DNA of 64,000 nucleotides from Lama glama (Eukaryota), in contig CM052819.1 of assembly GCA_028534125.1 (NCBI GenBank), positions 70,184,001 to 70,248,000 of the forward strand, in the 5' to 3' direction. Under the pieces are notes generated by a model. It was not told the DNA's origin, did not search any database, and worked only from the letters and a program-made list of their open reading frames with translations. Of the stretch, positions 36,726 to 50,200 are shown piece by piece. Made by a program: the position numbers and the translations under genes. The stretch's first letter is position 1. Each line of letters opens with the position of its first letter.

Positions 36726-39454
36726 AGAAATTGCTTTATTTCACTTGTTTTTTTACAATACTTTGGATCCCAAATGTGGAAATGCTAGCATGTATTTTAA
36801 GATCTGTTCATACACTACACAGGGGCAGTTCTGCCAAGCCACGGAAACCATTTTGTGATTTAATATTTTGTTTTTCAATAGTATATATAGCAAGACACTT
36901 GACTACATAATGACTCCAAGATGATCTGGATCTATTCCCTAAATTATGACAGGACACGCACTCTAGTTATCTCTTACCATTATAAAAACACACATTCTTT
37001 TGACAACTGACGGCACTCTCGTGGCCAGTCACGGAATGAAAACAGTTTACAGAGCTTAGGTACCAATGAGGTGAGTCCTTTGCTAGGTACAGGGAAACAA
37101 AAAAATTCCTTTTTCAAAAAATATAATGGTTTGCTCTTTCTTACAGATCATTTTTCTTTCCTCTTCCATATAGAATTTTAATGCACTATATATACACCAA
37201 ATTTTATAACTGATTTTGAAGCTGTGTGAATTTCAAGTACACAGTGTATTAGCATAATGAAAGTGCAGTTACAGCAGGGAAGGGATCATATATTTTTAAT
37301 CTCTGTATCCCAGGGACAATGCCTGGCACTTAATGGGCATCTAATAAGACGATTTCTCATTTGAATCTTGTGGAGTCTCTTCCATTTTGGTTATTAAATT
37401 AACATCTTTGAAAATCAGGGAGGAGTTGACAACATTGGAACTTTGAAAATCCTTAATCCTACCACATACTGTAAAGGCTGTCATATATCGTCTCCATGGA
37501 TATGTGTTTGGATGGCACTTTCTTACGTGAAGACAAACTAACACAAAGCAAAAGTTTTTATGAGTTTATGGATGAAACTACAGGAGAGAACATTTCTCCT
37601 GTCTCTTGCAAGAGAAATTAAGGATTGACGGTGCTCTGTGATTTGCCAATGATACTATGAAATATCTTTTTCCTTATTTGTGATGACCACAAAGCAGAGA
37701 GTTGTTTTTTTTAAGTATTTGCACGTTTATGGATTGAGTCTTTTAGTGACATGACAGTTTGATATCTAAAATTAGCCAGGACAGGACTCTTCACAGCATA
37801 GCAAACACGAGGGAAATAAGACATGTGACACTAATGAGGGCAGTAGGTAAAAGGGCAACAGTTACAGACAGAAACCCTGGTCCACAGACTGAGGGCAGAA
37901 GGAATGGCATCCGTTGGATGGCATTAGGAGCCACAGTCGTGATGATTTGAAAAATCATTTTCAAGTTTGCTATGATCATCAACTTTCCTCTTCGGGTAAG
38001 AGTATAATGACCCCCAGATTCATCTGATAGAAAGACTAGGGCTTGCATGTCTGGGAGAGCTAATATATCTAACACCCGAGGGATAGCGTACTGCAAAGAC
38101 AAATGTGACTTGGTGATAAATTAGTGTCCTGATTTCTAGAGATGTCTCTGTCTTTGAGATGAAGTGCCAGTGACACCCAAAGACCTGCCAACACAAATAA
38201 TTGTTTATAGTTTCCACAGAAGTAAGAGATTTCATCTTTGAATTGCCAGGTCTGAATTAAATTTAGTTTACTAGAATTCCCCTGCAATTTTCTCCCTATC
38301 ATAGTAGTTGCTTAAATTATTCATGGTTTTGTAGCCTAGAGATTATTGGACACTACTGGAAATATAGAATGTCTATAATGTCCTTCCTCAAAGAGGCTAA
38401 ATGTAAAAACTAGAATGTGTGTGTGTGCACAAGGGTATGCAGTTCTGTCTGGACATGTTAGATCTAAACTGGGCTAAGTCACTTTCTGTGTTAAGCGTGT
38501 ACTAAAAACTTAAGGTAATATTATGAATTATTTGTTGCTATCAAAATGTCCTGATATAAAATAAAACATGAAAATGTGTTACATCTGAGAAGCAGTGTGC
38601 AATTATGTAATCATTCTTATGAAGCGTTATTAGCTAAAGATGAAAAAAAGCCAATAGAACTAGAAAGGCTACATAGGGGAATTCAGTGGGAATAAAATGA
38701 GCATAAGTCTGTTGACCAGATAATTCTGACACACAGAATTCTCAGGCAAGTGATCATAAAATACAAGATAATTATAGTTATGCATTTTATACAGCAAATA
38801 ATTTAAAGAGGCACTGAAACAGACTCTGGTAAACTTTTGAAGTTAGGCGAACACTTTTTATTTCTAATTAAAATAATTAAACTAATAATTTTGGCCATAT
38901 TTATGAGAGTTTCTTTTTCTATATAAAGTAATTCTTAAGGACTATCAAGGTCAGAGTCATCATTCTCTTTGCATCACTGACAAATAGACATTTGAGTTGA
39001 GGTCACTTAAAAATCAGAATCTGCTACCACATTTCAAGCAGAAGTAGAGCAAATAATATACAATAACACAGCCCCAGAATTCATTGGAGTCTATTTTACA
39101 TGCTGTAATTTAGGGTGGTTAATTATGTTTTATTGCACTGATACTTTATAGCATCATAAGTTTTAAAGCATTTTTTTTTTAGGCTTGGAAGTCTGGTAGG
39201 TGCCATAGAAGGGTTAATCACCTTACAACTGGCTCAGAGCTCATGACATGAGAACTAAATTCCAGGTCTACAGAAATTTTAGAGAAATTTTTATTTGTGC
39301 AAATGAATGGTGGGGGACAAAGTAGGTAAAAATGAGAGTTATCCTTAGAAATTCCTTTCATATTTATTTGACTGATTTTTGACAGATAAACATGCTAGTG
39401 TCCCTGTGTGCTTTATTAATGAATTAAGATTTGTACAACTGTAATTAAAACAGG

Positions 39455-39672
39455 CAGTGTTTCTCAGCCTCACCACCACTGACATTTGGAGCTGGATAAA
39501 TCTTTACCTGTCGGGGGCTGGCCTAGGCATGTTCAGCAGCATCCCTGTCTCTGCCCACCAGATGCCAGTAGCACCCGCTCCCAGCCTTCACAACAAGAAA
39601 GTCTTCAGGCCTGACAAATGACCTCTGGGAGGCAAAACTGCTGCCCCAGATCCCACCTAGTTGAGAACTATG
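39455..39672 (+). mobile_element. MER20 (hAT-Charlie) DNA transposon
   Basis: cagtgtttctcagcct..actgacatttgg.gctggataa..cagcagcatccctg..cagatgccagtagcacc..ggcaaaa..gttgagaac; about 218 bp with terminal inverted repeats. Confidence 0.88.
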
Positions 39673-41069
39673 GTTTAGACCTTCAACGATTGGCTGCATT
39701 CATTTAATAAAACTATAGTTTCCAAAAAAGGGATCGTTGTTGTAAAACAGAATCTTAGTGTGGAAGTGAAGAATCACTGAATATGAATGAAGGGATGGAG
39801 GCAGCAACGGCACATAACAACATCTGGTTATTATTAAATTTGTTTTCCTCGCAGAAATATATTATGTTAAACTAAAACAGGAGGATTGATTTCTGACTTT
39901 GAAATATTGGGATCCAATCCAAACCAAGAAATCACAAAAAAAATACTATTTTAGCAAGTCTACTTCATGTACTATAATCAAGCACAAATTATACTGATAA
40001 ACATACTATCTAAAGTGTACATACCACATATATTTTATTTAATATGATAAAATATCATAGTTCTACTAACAGAGGGTAAAGCTCATGCTTTTAAAGAGTC
40101 TTCCAAACCTAATTTTATAATTCAATGACACAAGGTTATCTTTTCTCATAATACCTCCCATAAGTTCATTAGAGTTTAAAATTTTTGTCAAGGTCATGCA
40201 ATGTATAACAAGTAAGATTTGTTTTGTGTGTGTGTGTGTGTGTGAGTGACACAAGGGCCTATAATTCCCAAGTAACTTGGAATACATGGCAGGTGGGAGA
40301 AAACATCTGATGGAATCTAATGTCATTTTGAGAAACAGAGAAAACAGTTATTCAGCCTCCTTTTTCTTTTTCAATTTCCTTTCATCAACTTGGTAGTTGG
40401 AGGCCAAATTGGGTGTTTGCTGGATGTGAGGTAGGAATACATTTGTTCAAAATTCACTTTCTGCATTGCCTTTCAGAAGTATCATATATTATAATAGAAG
40501 TATAACTGTGTAATGCCAACGAATAAGACAAAGAGTAATTCTTCCTTCATCAAGACTTGTTGTGAGTGAAAAATAAGTCACAAAACAATAGAGTGTGACC
40601 CTTTGATCTTAAATAAATAAATACATAAATGCATATGAAAAAAAGTAATGCTCCCTTTCTCCTTCTCTCACTAGTTCCTACAATTCTGTAAATGCACTAT
40701 ATTAGATCTTTTAGATAAATGGTTACGCCACTGTGGAATAAATATTTAGATGGAAAAAGACCCTCTTACTAAATTATAAAATACTGCTAGTACTCAAGAA
40801 TATGTTTTAATATATGTTCTTTACATGAGTTCCAAGTTTGGTATATTACAATGCTCAAAATATGTATCTTTTTAGTAGAGTACAGGTCAACGTAATAATC
40901 CATATTATGTCATAGAAGGGAGATCTGTAAAAACAATACAGTTTTAAAAATGCCAACATTTGCATTACGGTGCTGAAAACTAGCTTCTCAGTTTACCATA
41001 TGCCTCATTACAGTCTAAGCACAGAATGATCTATGAGGCCAGATAAGTCACAATTCTTCCCCATTAGTT

Positions 41070-41430
41070 TAGGTTTTGTCCATCTCTGCTACACTTCTAT
41101 CATTGTTCCTTGGGCCTGTCTGCCCTGGCTGAATTCCTACGTATCCTTCAAGGCCTACGTCAAAAGTCCGCTACTTACACATTCAATCATGCATCAAGTA
41201 TTTACTGAATACCTACTACAGGCAAAGAGCTAGACACTCCTTGTAGGGGAAACGTATAGTAAAATAACAAGGCCTGCTCCTCCAGGAACGTGACAGAATT
41301 TGTATGAGCTGCTTAATAGGTAAACCAAGTGGTACGACCATGCAGCAATGAGCGTGGGGATATTGGTTAAGGCTTCTTAGAGGAAATTTCATTTGATCTG
41401 AACACTGAACAAAGGTTTCTATAAATTGGA
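41070..41430. mobile_element. L2 fragments (plus piece followed by a minus-strand L2 3' end starting about 41178)
   Basis: gaattcctacgtatccttcaaggcc, then cattcaatcatgcatcaagtatttactgaatacctacta.aggca (antisense L2 tail). Confidence 0.6.
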
Positions 41431-41861
41431 AGATGAGAACTACTTCACCAGTTTATCATAGCCAGGAACCATGTAGACGCACTGAGTGATACTTGGTTTT
41501 CTCTCTCCTGGCAGACTCCGTTTTTTATTTTAATAATTTCTGCAGAGTAGATCTTTGATCTTCATAAGGAGTATGTCCTAAGACTGGCAGTTTTCCCAAA
41601 TTCATAAATGCACATAAAATTTTCCTAATAAAATGCAATAAACTGTTAGATCTTTTTACTTTTTCTTTACATTTACCATCAGCACTAGCATTTGGATTCC
41701 ATTGATTCCATTTGGGGTCCCTTTTAAATTATTAGCAGAAATTTTATTTAGAAATGATTTAAAAGCAACAGAAATGATTTAATTTGTGACCCTTAATTTT
41801 ATTTTTGAGCAATGTCTTGTGAATTTTAAATTAGCAAACATACAGATTCTACTATGATTAT

Positions 41862-42045
41862 TAGAATTTCTTAACTTGGGATCCATGAATGGATAAACGG
41901 GTGTCTATAAATCCTCTACAGTTATTTAAAAAAAAACCCAAATTGTGATATACTAAAACATCTGTTTCTACAGAAAGAGAATTCAAAGATTTCATCAGAT
42001 TGTCAAAGGTAACTGAATAAAAAAATGAATGTTTGACGTTCCTTC
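41862..42045 (+). mobile_element. MER103-like hAT DNA transposon relic
   Basis: ttcttaacttgggatccatgaatgga ... tttcatcagattgtcaaagg resembles the MER103C consensus as recalled. Confidence 0.6.
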
Positions 42046-42064
42046 TAAATTGAGTAGAACATAT

Positions 42065-42310
42065 GGGAGCACAATTTGATGGTATCTATCAAATTCTAAA
42101 ATGCGAATACCCTTTGATCTAGTCATTTTACCAGTGAGAATCCATCCTACAAAAAGTTTTTGCACAAGTGCATGATTATATACAAAGATCACACAGCATT
42201 ATTTTGAATACTAAAAAACTGGATGAACCTAAATGTTCATTAAAACAGAAATACAAACCAGAGTGTATATCCACACGATGCTCTATATAAACTCACTGAA
42301 AATTAATGAG
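42065..42310 (+). mobile_element. Ancient L1 (L1ME-like) fragment
   Basis: caatttg..gtatctatcaaa..ataccctttgatctag..atccatcctaca..cagcattatttt..aaactgga..acctaaatgttcat, typical of the end of L1M ORF2. Confidence 0.65.
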
Positions 42311-45300
42311 AGCCAACTACACTGTTTTTCCTTTGTTTTTGTATATATATTTCACTATTTATAATGTTTTATCATTCGTTCATTGGCTACTGAGTTCCCA
42401 CGTTGTTCTAGGGTGTGCAACTGATTAAAAAAAAATCCTGCTCTCGTGGAGTTTAAATTCTAGACATATATATTTATTCGTGTATTTAAAAGTTCAATAT
42501 CTTTTCAAAAAAGGGGGAGGTTATCAGCTTGATTTCTCCACTGTGCTGCACCCTGTTTGAAGGGAAAGTCTACATTTTATTCATTTCAGAATCTGCTGCA
42601 GCACCCTGAAGGCTGCAGGAGTTTAACAATAATGGGCAAAACAAAGCCCCTCTGCCGCGCACTGGGAGGAACTCTACGGATCATATTCTCACAGCCCATA
42701 TTCTTCAGTTTGCACTGAACATCCCAGAAGACCATATACTATTCCTTGAAATTCTAGGGAAGCCAGCAAAGTGGGGGTTGGGATAGGGACTGTGGTGATT
42801 GGAAATCAATCTCCTAACATTGTCTCCCCCTCGAAAGCTATTTTTGCTTTAAAAAAAGCTTTTGAAGGGGATATAACATACATGCAAAACAGTGCAGTGA
42901 TCTAGATTTACATCTGAAATGTTACCGAAAGCATGGGGATTTAGGGTTTCTTTGGCAACTCTCCTCACATTATTTGTTCTGAGAATGAGCGTGAGATTTC
43001 CTCACATTTGTCCTGCAGCAGAGCTCTGTGTTACCAAGCCATCATTCCTCAGTGATGAGTGTGACTGGGCCACGGGGTCTTTGTCAACGTGCCAAGACTC
43101 TGGTCCCTTCGTGGGGACACTCAAATAAAAACACTTAAAAACATATCATGCTCTGTGTTGGGGGCGGGCAGTGGGAATATGTTGAACCAGAAACTGTAAA
43201 TTTGTATATGAAAAAAAAATACTATATTTTATTTCAAAATAGATTTTCATAGTGAAGGAGACTAAAGAAAATGCTTATATTTATTTTCCTTCATAGTTTA
43301 CTCATTATAAAAATAAAAAACAATTCATGTAACTAATAATTTATGTAAGCTGAAGTTCATAAAATTGACTATTTCCTACTGTCATACTTCTCTCCTAATT
43401 ATCAAGGCCTTGATGCCCTGTCTTTAAGGAGAGTCCACTCAGACAATTAATCAACACAATGACAATAATTAGTAGATTATTATTTTCCTTCTGTTTCTCT
43501 CCCCCAATTCAATTTACAGCATTAGTTGGTTCATTGTCTGTATCCAGATCCTGAGGACTTCACTTGGGAACCAGCTTAACTAAAGAGGTAGGTGGAAGAA
43601 ACCAATATTTGAATACTCCCCCAGGTTAAAGTAATGCAAAGGAAAGATGAATACACTTATGCTCCATGGCTCTGAACATTTCCTCAGCATCAAAATCCGG
43701 GGTTTAACTACTTAAGAGTATGAATGGTAAAAAGTTACATTTTCCTGTGCATTTGGCCATATAAGTTGCATTGTGAACATGATTTAATTATTTTAGCAAG
43801 ACAACAGCTGTACTGTATTCATGAAAACACTATCAACAGGAAAGCAGACACAACACTTCACAAAAGACCTTAATTGCATCATCTGAAGTAATGGAAACTT
43901 TTCGAATTTAGACTAGAGCCTGTCTTCAGAAAGTTCATAGCTATTGTGACATTATTAAATTTGTTTTCTGCAAATAATTTAATGCCATGACAACAAAAAG
44001 ACTTCTTGATTTGACATAATCAAAGCTGTCCTTGATAACACTCCCCAACCCCCAAGTTACAAATTCTTAATAGCTTTGATAGTCCTCAAAATGCCTTAGA
44101 AAAAAATACATCACAAAGATTTTTAACCAATAAGATCATCATTGTTTTCACAGAGAGCTTCTGTTAATAACAGCTTGTGCTAATTGTATTGCTTTAGCAT
44201 TTAAAGTCATATTCAACAGCATTAGAGAGTTTTATCTTATAATTGAGGTAGTGAATTACTGAGACTAGCAAATAAATTGTCAGAGCTCCTGAACGAGCAG
44301 AGTACTAAAATTCTGCTTCTGGACTGAGTTCAGTGGTCTTGTTCAGTATGCCTGCTTCTGGTGTATTCCACATTAAGTATTCAGTGAGGTACCAAAAATG
44401 TTTACATAGGTTGAAACAGGTTTTTGCTCTTTTCTTCACATGAATCCCAATTAGCATTGCCTATGTCTCCTGAGGATATAGATTTGTACAATCAAACATG
44501 GTAAGTAATAAAGGTTAAAAAGCTATTTAATAGGTTTTCCCACATATTCGGTGCAGATTGCTGGCTGATTTCCAAGACTTAGATTTGTGTAAATTCCATG
44601 CTTTTAATTGACAACTCCCCACAGGAGTCGATAATGTAAGTTAAGGTCACAGGAAGAAAATGATGGCTTTCTATGGCATTTTCCCTTTGTAAAGAACTAA
44701 ACTCAGCTTACTATGAAATCTAGTTTTCTGGCTTTCAGGAGGAAGGATAAACAGAAACATTTGTCTGACATGATTTTCGAAAGAGATTAAAACCATAGGA
44801 AAGATAAAATTTTTTTAAAAATTAAAAAATAAAAACAAATAGTTGTACACACTTAAGGACATCAGAGTAATCTGTTATGTGAAATGACATCATCTTCCAG
44901 CCTTAAGAAGATCCTATGTCACCTCAAGCACCAAGAAAGCATAGAAAACAATAGCCATTGTAGCTTGTCCACTCAGTGGAGTTACTCTGAAATGCATGAA
45001 CTTAGACAATACTGTCATCTATTAATATTAACAATAACTTTTCATATATTCCATTTTCCCTGACAGTCATTATCCTTAGTTGATGAGTAGGAGGAAAATG
45101 GGAAAAAGAATTTAGGAAGGTAATGAGTAGAGATGAGAAATGTAGGAAGCTGTGTTGAAAGGTAGTTTTATCATGTCTAAGGGTGTCAGAATAGAGGAAT
45201 GTTTTTAAAGATCCCTTAAAATCTGAACCTGATCCAGTCTCCAGCTTTGAAACTCTCCCTTACTCCAAAGATTTTAACTTGCTGAATGCTTTGTCTTATA

Positions 45301-46099
45301 GCCCCTGAAGCCCATCATAACTTAAAAATGTGCCATATTTATGCTGTAATTTAGGAAATGGTTTAATGATCTGCAGCATTTCTGGAAGACTAGCCATCAT
45401 GCATAAGGTGGCAAAAAACAAACAAACAAAAAAACACCTAGATATGAACAATTTCTTACAGAAGAAAAATGGCTCTTTTGCATTCAGTTGGCTTTCTGTG
45501 CTTGTTAAGGTTTGCATCTTATCTTACCTGCCTCTGTTTCACATCTTCACATCCTTATTTAAGCATCAACTAAATAGATGCTTCCTTTTTATTATTTAAG
45601 CAAAAAAAAAGTCTGTGAATCGACATTAAAACACAACCTCATAGACCTCTGATTGCAGGGAATGTGTAATTTACCAAGGACCCCAACTGCTGCACTCTAA
45701 CCCATCACCATGTTTGTATCAGGGCCAAGCTTTCCAGGAGTTGTTCCCAGCTCAAGACTGAGCACAGCAGGGATACTAAGGTAGACAAGGTTCTTGGAGA
45801 AAAAGAGACTTCTCCAAACAAAATGGAAAACTGCAAATAACTGAGGAGGTAGGCATCTTTCAGATAAGGAACCAGAGGTATAATAAGGCTCTTTAATGTA
45901 GACAAGGCACACAGTTGACAGGCAAAGTAGCACTTTATCTATGCATTTCAAACACCTAGCACAGTAGAGATAATAGAGTGGACTACCAAGAAAAATCTAC
46001 TGGATGAATAAAATGAAGGCTAGAATTCAAATCAAGTCTTTCCAACTTCAAAATCTGTCTTTCCTCTCCATCAAAAATACTTTTCACAATTACAACTTT

Positions 46100-46780
46100 T
46101 AAGTGAGTTGAAAATGTAAGTTCACAAAAAACCTGAACATGAATGTTTATAGTAGTTGTATTCATAATGGTCAAAATTTGGAAGCAACCAAGATGTCCTT
46201 CAGTAGGTGAAGGATAAACCAACTGTGGTACAGCCATACAATGAGATATTATTCAGCAGTAAAAAGAAATGATCTATCAAGCCATGAAAAGACACAAAGG
46301 AAACTTGAATATATATTGCTAAGTAAAAGAAGCCAATCTGATTAATATTTTGCATCAATCTGTATGACTCCAACTATATGACATTAAAGAAAAGGCAAAG
46401 CTATGGAAACCGTAAAAAGATCAGAGGTTGCCAGAGGTTTGAGGGGAGGAAGGAGGGGATGGATAGGTGGAGCTCAGAGAATTTTTCGGGCAGTGAAATT
46501 ATTCTTATACTGTAATTATATATACAAATTATTATGCATTTGTCAAAACCCATTAAATATATAACATATATAAACTATAGACTTATAAAGTCTATAAATG
46601 ATAGACTTTAGTTAATAATAATGTAGCAACACTGACTTCTCAGTTGTAACGAATGTACCACACTAATAACAGGGGAGTGGGGATGGAGAGGGTTGAAGGA
46701 GTACATGGGAACCCTCTACTTTCCATTCAGTTTTCCTGCAAACCTAAAACAGATTAAAAATACTCTATTAATTAAAAAAA
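46100..46780 (+). mobile_element. Old L1 (L1MB/L1MC-type) 3' fragment
   Basis: gaatgtttatag...ggaagcaaccaagatgtccttcagtaggtga...gtatgactccaactatatgacatt...ggttgccagaggtt...aacctaaaac followed by an A tail. Confidence 0.85.
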
Positions 46781-48419
46781 ATCAATGCACATAGTTTCTT
46801 CAGTCTACGGAATGCATTCTATATTTAGACAATCTCATTGAAATTCCCTTGGTTAAGGTGACGGGAAGGACATAAGCATCTGCAAGGGCAAAGCTTTGCA
46901 TTCACCAGCAAAGGTGATAGTCTAGGCAGCTGAATCCCCAGGCAGATCTCTGCAGGTGCAGTGGTATCAAGACCTCTGCTGAATGGTGTTGTGGGTGGCC
47001 GTGCTGCAGCCCAGCAATGGCTGTTTTATGGTTATGGTTCCCACGTATTCCCAGTCCCACTGAGGTCCTAATACATTTGGTTCACTTTTCCATTTAAAAG
47101 AGACAATGTCTTTGATAATTTGTTCATGGTTACTGCTGAGAAAGATAATGACACTCAAAATTCCCCTAAACTGCATATTATAATGTTACCTCTTGGGCTC
47201 TGATATTTTTAACAGCTTTTGAAGACAATAGTGTCATTAAGGTTAAAAAAAGTTCACTGTTCTTACAAATTAAAAGAATACCAGGTTACAGAGATGAGCT
47301 GTGAGAGTCTCAGCAAGGCTTCACATTGTACCATCTCTTCTCTTTGTGAATCTCATTTGAGTTCTATAACTGAAAATAATCTCCAAAAATCTATATTAGA
47401 GACAAAAAAGAAAAAGAAAATACTCCTAAAGCTTCCTCCCAGGAAGTAATTAATTAGAAAACAAACAAACCAAACAGAAAAGACTGAAATGCTTAGACTG
47501 TGTTACTGTCTGAAAATCCAGTGATAATTTTCAAGTTAGTTCCTCCTTAAGAGTCCTACCCAAACATGCTGTTAGACTTCTTCAGCCGCAGTTCTACCTC
47601 TCTATGTATACTGAACAGATGATAAAGAGCGTCTCTGGAATCAACTTTAAAATGCTTTTTTTTTTTTTTTTTTTTTACCATTTTTGAATTGCCAGCAGCC
47701 TCAACATACAAATATAATTACTGGTACATGTTCAATCAGTAAGCATATATTAAACACCTTATAAGTAATCAGTATGACTTTAGATTTTGTTATTCATAAA
47801 TCAATTGATTCTTCCCTTCAATTTTAAAAGCCAGAAGCTATTCAGCAAAGGAAATTTCTAACCCAACATCTTATTCAAGAGTCGCCCAAGGTAAACAGAC
47901 ATGGTCAATGAAAATAACTGAGACACAGGTACTTCAGAAAGATATTCTCAAGAAAATGTGCTACTCATTCTAAAATCTTTGTAGCCAAAGACAATTTAGG
48001 GTGATGTATACAGGAAAACCAGTGCAATTTACTGAAAATGGAAAACTGCATGGGTCTAATAGACTACAGTAAATACGTGGTAAACATTTATCCAATTTTG
48101 TTGGTCTAAGCAAGAAACTGTAAAAGATACATGCTAAACATCAAGAGCCACAGGGTGCATCTCAGTGTAAGGTTTTTTTTTTTTAATTTATTGACCAGTG
48201 CCAAATTTTCCTTAATTTTTTCTAAGAATTTTTTTCTATGAACTTTTAAAAATCAAATATCCCTTAATTCAAAGATTCTATTTCATATTAATTTAAATAC
48301 ATTTCACTTAAAGCAACTGATTGGCTACAACGTTTCAGGTACTGTATTCCTGCCAGACATACAAACATAAAGAGGTTATTTATTCCAAGGAGGCTAAATT
48401 TTGAAGAGGCAACTGAAAT

Positions 48420-48686
48420 AGAACTAGCAGCCCAGCAGAGCCGTGAAGCCATGGTCTCTGGACTCAGGCGGCGTGGGTATGATTCAAGCCCTGCTACCGA
48501 TAAGGTAAGTGACCTCCAGAGAGCTGCTTAACCTGCGTGCGCTCATGTCTCCCAACTATTAAAGGGAAGATAATAATAGTACCAAGCTCACAGGATTATT
48601 GTGAATAGTAAATAAACTTATATGTATAAGTTGCTTAAAAGAGTGCCTTTTATACAACAAATGCTCAATATATGTTAGCTATTATG
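48420..48686 (+). mobile_element. MIR
   Basis: ctctggactcagg...ttcaagccctgct...gtgacct...cttaacct...gataataatagtacc...caggattattgtga...aaatgctcaatatatgttagctattat. Confidence 0.8.
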
Positions 48687-49593
48687 AAAAGATGCTCCAT
48701 ATCATTAATCATTAGGGAAATACAAATCAAAACCACAATATATCACTGCACACCTGTTTGGATGGCTAGTACTAAGAAGTCAAAAGCTAAGCGTAGGCAA
48801 GGATGTGGAGAAAACGGAACCCTTGTATATACTGTTAGAGTGAATGTAAATTGGTGCTGTCATCATGGTACAGTGCAGATAAAAACAGAACTATGATCCA
48901 GCCATCCTACTTCTGGGTAGATATTCAAGAAAACAAAGTTGCTGTATCAAAGCGATATTGTGCTTTCATGCTCATTGCAGCATTATTCACAGCAGCCAAG
49001 ATATGTGAACAACTTAAATGCTTGTCAATAAAAAAAAAGTGATACATACACACNNNNNNNNNNNNNNNNNNNNNNNNNNNNNNNNNNNNNNNNNNNNNNN
49101 NNNNNNNNNNNNNNNNNNNNNNNNNNNNNNNNNNNNNNNNNNNNNNNNNNNNNNNNNNNNNNNNNNNNNNNNNNNNNNNNNNNNNNNNNNNNNNNNNNNN
49201 NNNNNNNNNNNNNATATATATTTTAAAAGCCCAGTTCATAGAAACAGAGAGTAGCACAGTGGTTGCCAGGGTTTAGGGGACAGGGTAAATCAGGAGATAC
49301 TGATCAAAGGGTAAAAACTTCCAGTTTAAAGATGAAAAGTTCTGGAGACCTAACGTACAAGTGATTACAGTTAATAACAATGTACTGTATACTTGAAATT
49401 TGCTCAGAGAGTAGATCTCAAAGTCTCACCCTCACCACACACACAAAGGCTAACAATGTGAGCTGAATAATTATGCTGACTAGCCTGAATGTGGTAATCA
49501 CTTCACAAAGTATACGAACATCAAAACATCACATTGTACACTTCAAATAAATACAATTTTTATCTGTCAATAAAATCTCAATAAAGCTCAAAC
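48687..49593 (+). mobile_element. Older L1 (L1MA-type) 3' fragment inserted in the tail of a MIR; contains N gap 49054-49213
   Basis: ORF2 end ([18 protein letters not shown]) and L1MA-like 3' UTR ending tcaataaagct; 15-bp TSD with one mismatch at 48672-48686 and 49594-49608. Confidence 0.88.
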
Positions 49594-49639
49594 ATGTTAT
49601 CTATTATGTCTCTTTGTTTTATATTTAGTGGAATAAAGG

Positions 49640-50200
49640 AGATTGTGTGCCAAATGTTACAGGGGCAGAGGAGAGACTCATGAATGGACTGAAGGAGGCT
49701 TTACCCAAAAAAGGACATTCACATGGCCTTCAAAAGAAAAGGAGAATGGAGGAAACTCCATGCAGATGAAAGGCTGGGAGCAAGAGGCATGATAGTGTTC
49801 AGCCAGTGTGGCTGAGACTAAGGGTGTGTGAGAAGCAATGGGAGGAAATATAGCTGGGATGGTATAGCTTTGGGGGGTGATACCTGAATGCCCTTAAACA
49901 ATAGCTTAAGGAATTTGGATTTTATCTTGTAAGGAATTTGGAAGCAATAAAAGGGTTTTTGGTGTATTTTAAGGATGGCAGTGAAGTGATCAGATTTCTG
50001 CTGATCACTTCTGCTGATTAGGGGTGGTGTGGAGGATAACCAGCTGGAGAAGGGACTAGGGGAAGGTAACCTTGTTAGAAAGGTGAAATGTTTAGAAGGT
50101 CATGTAATTACAGTGAAACAGGACTGGGAATGAAAAGGAGAAAGGACGGTGAAGAGGGGACATTTCCAAAGTGGAATCAATATGAACTTCAGGAAGTGGG
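49640..50200 (-). mobile_element. L2 fragment
   Basis: gaaggaggcttt..., cagtgtggctgag..., ttaaggaatttggattttatctt..., gtgatcagattt: antisense L2 motifs. Confidence 0.6.
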
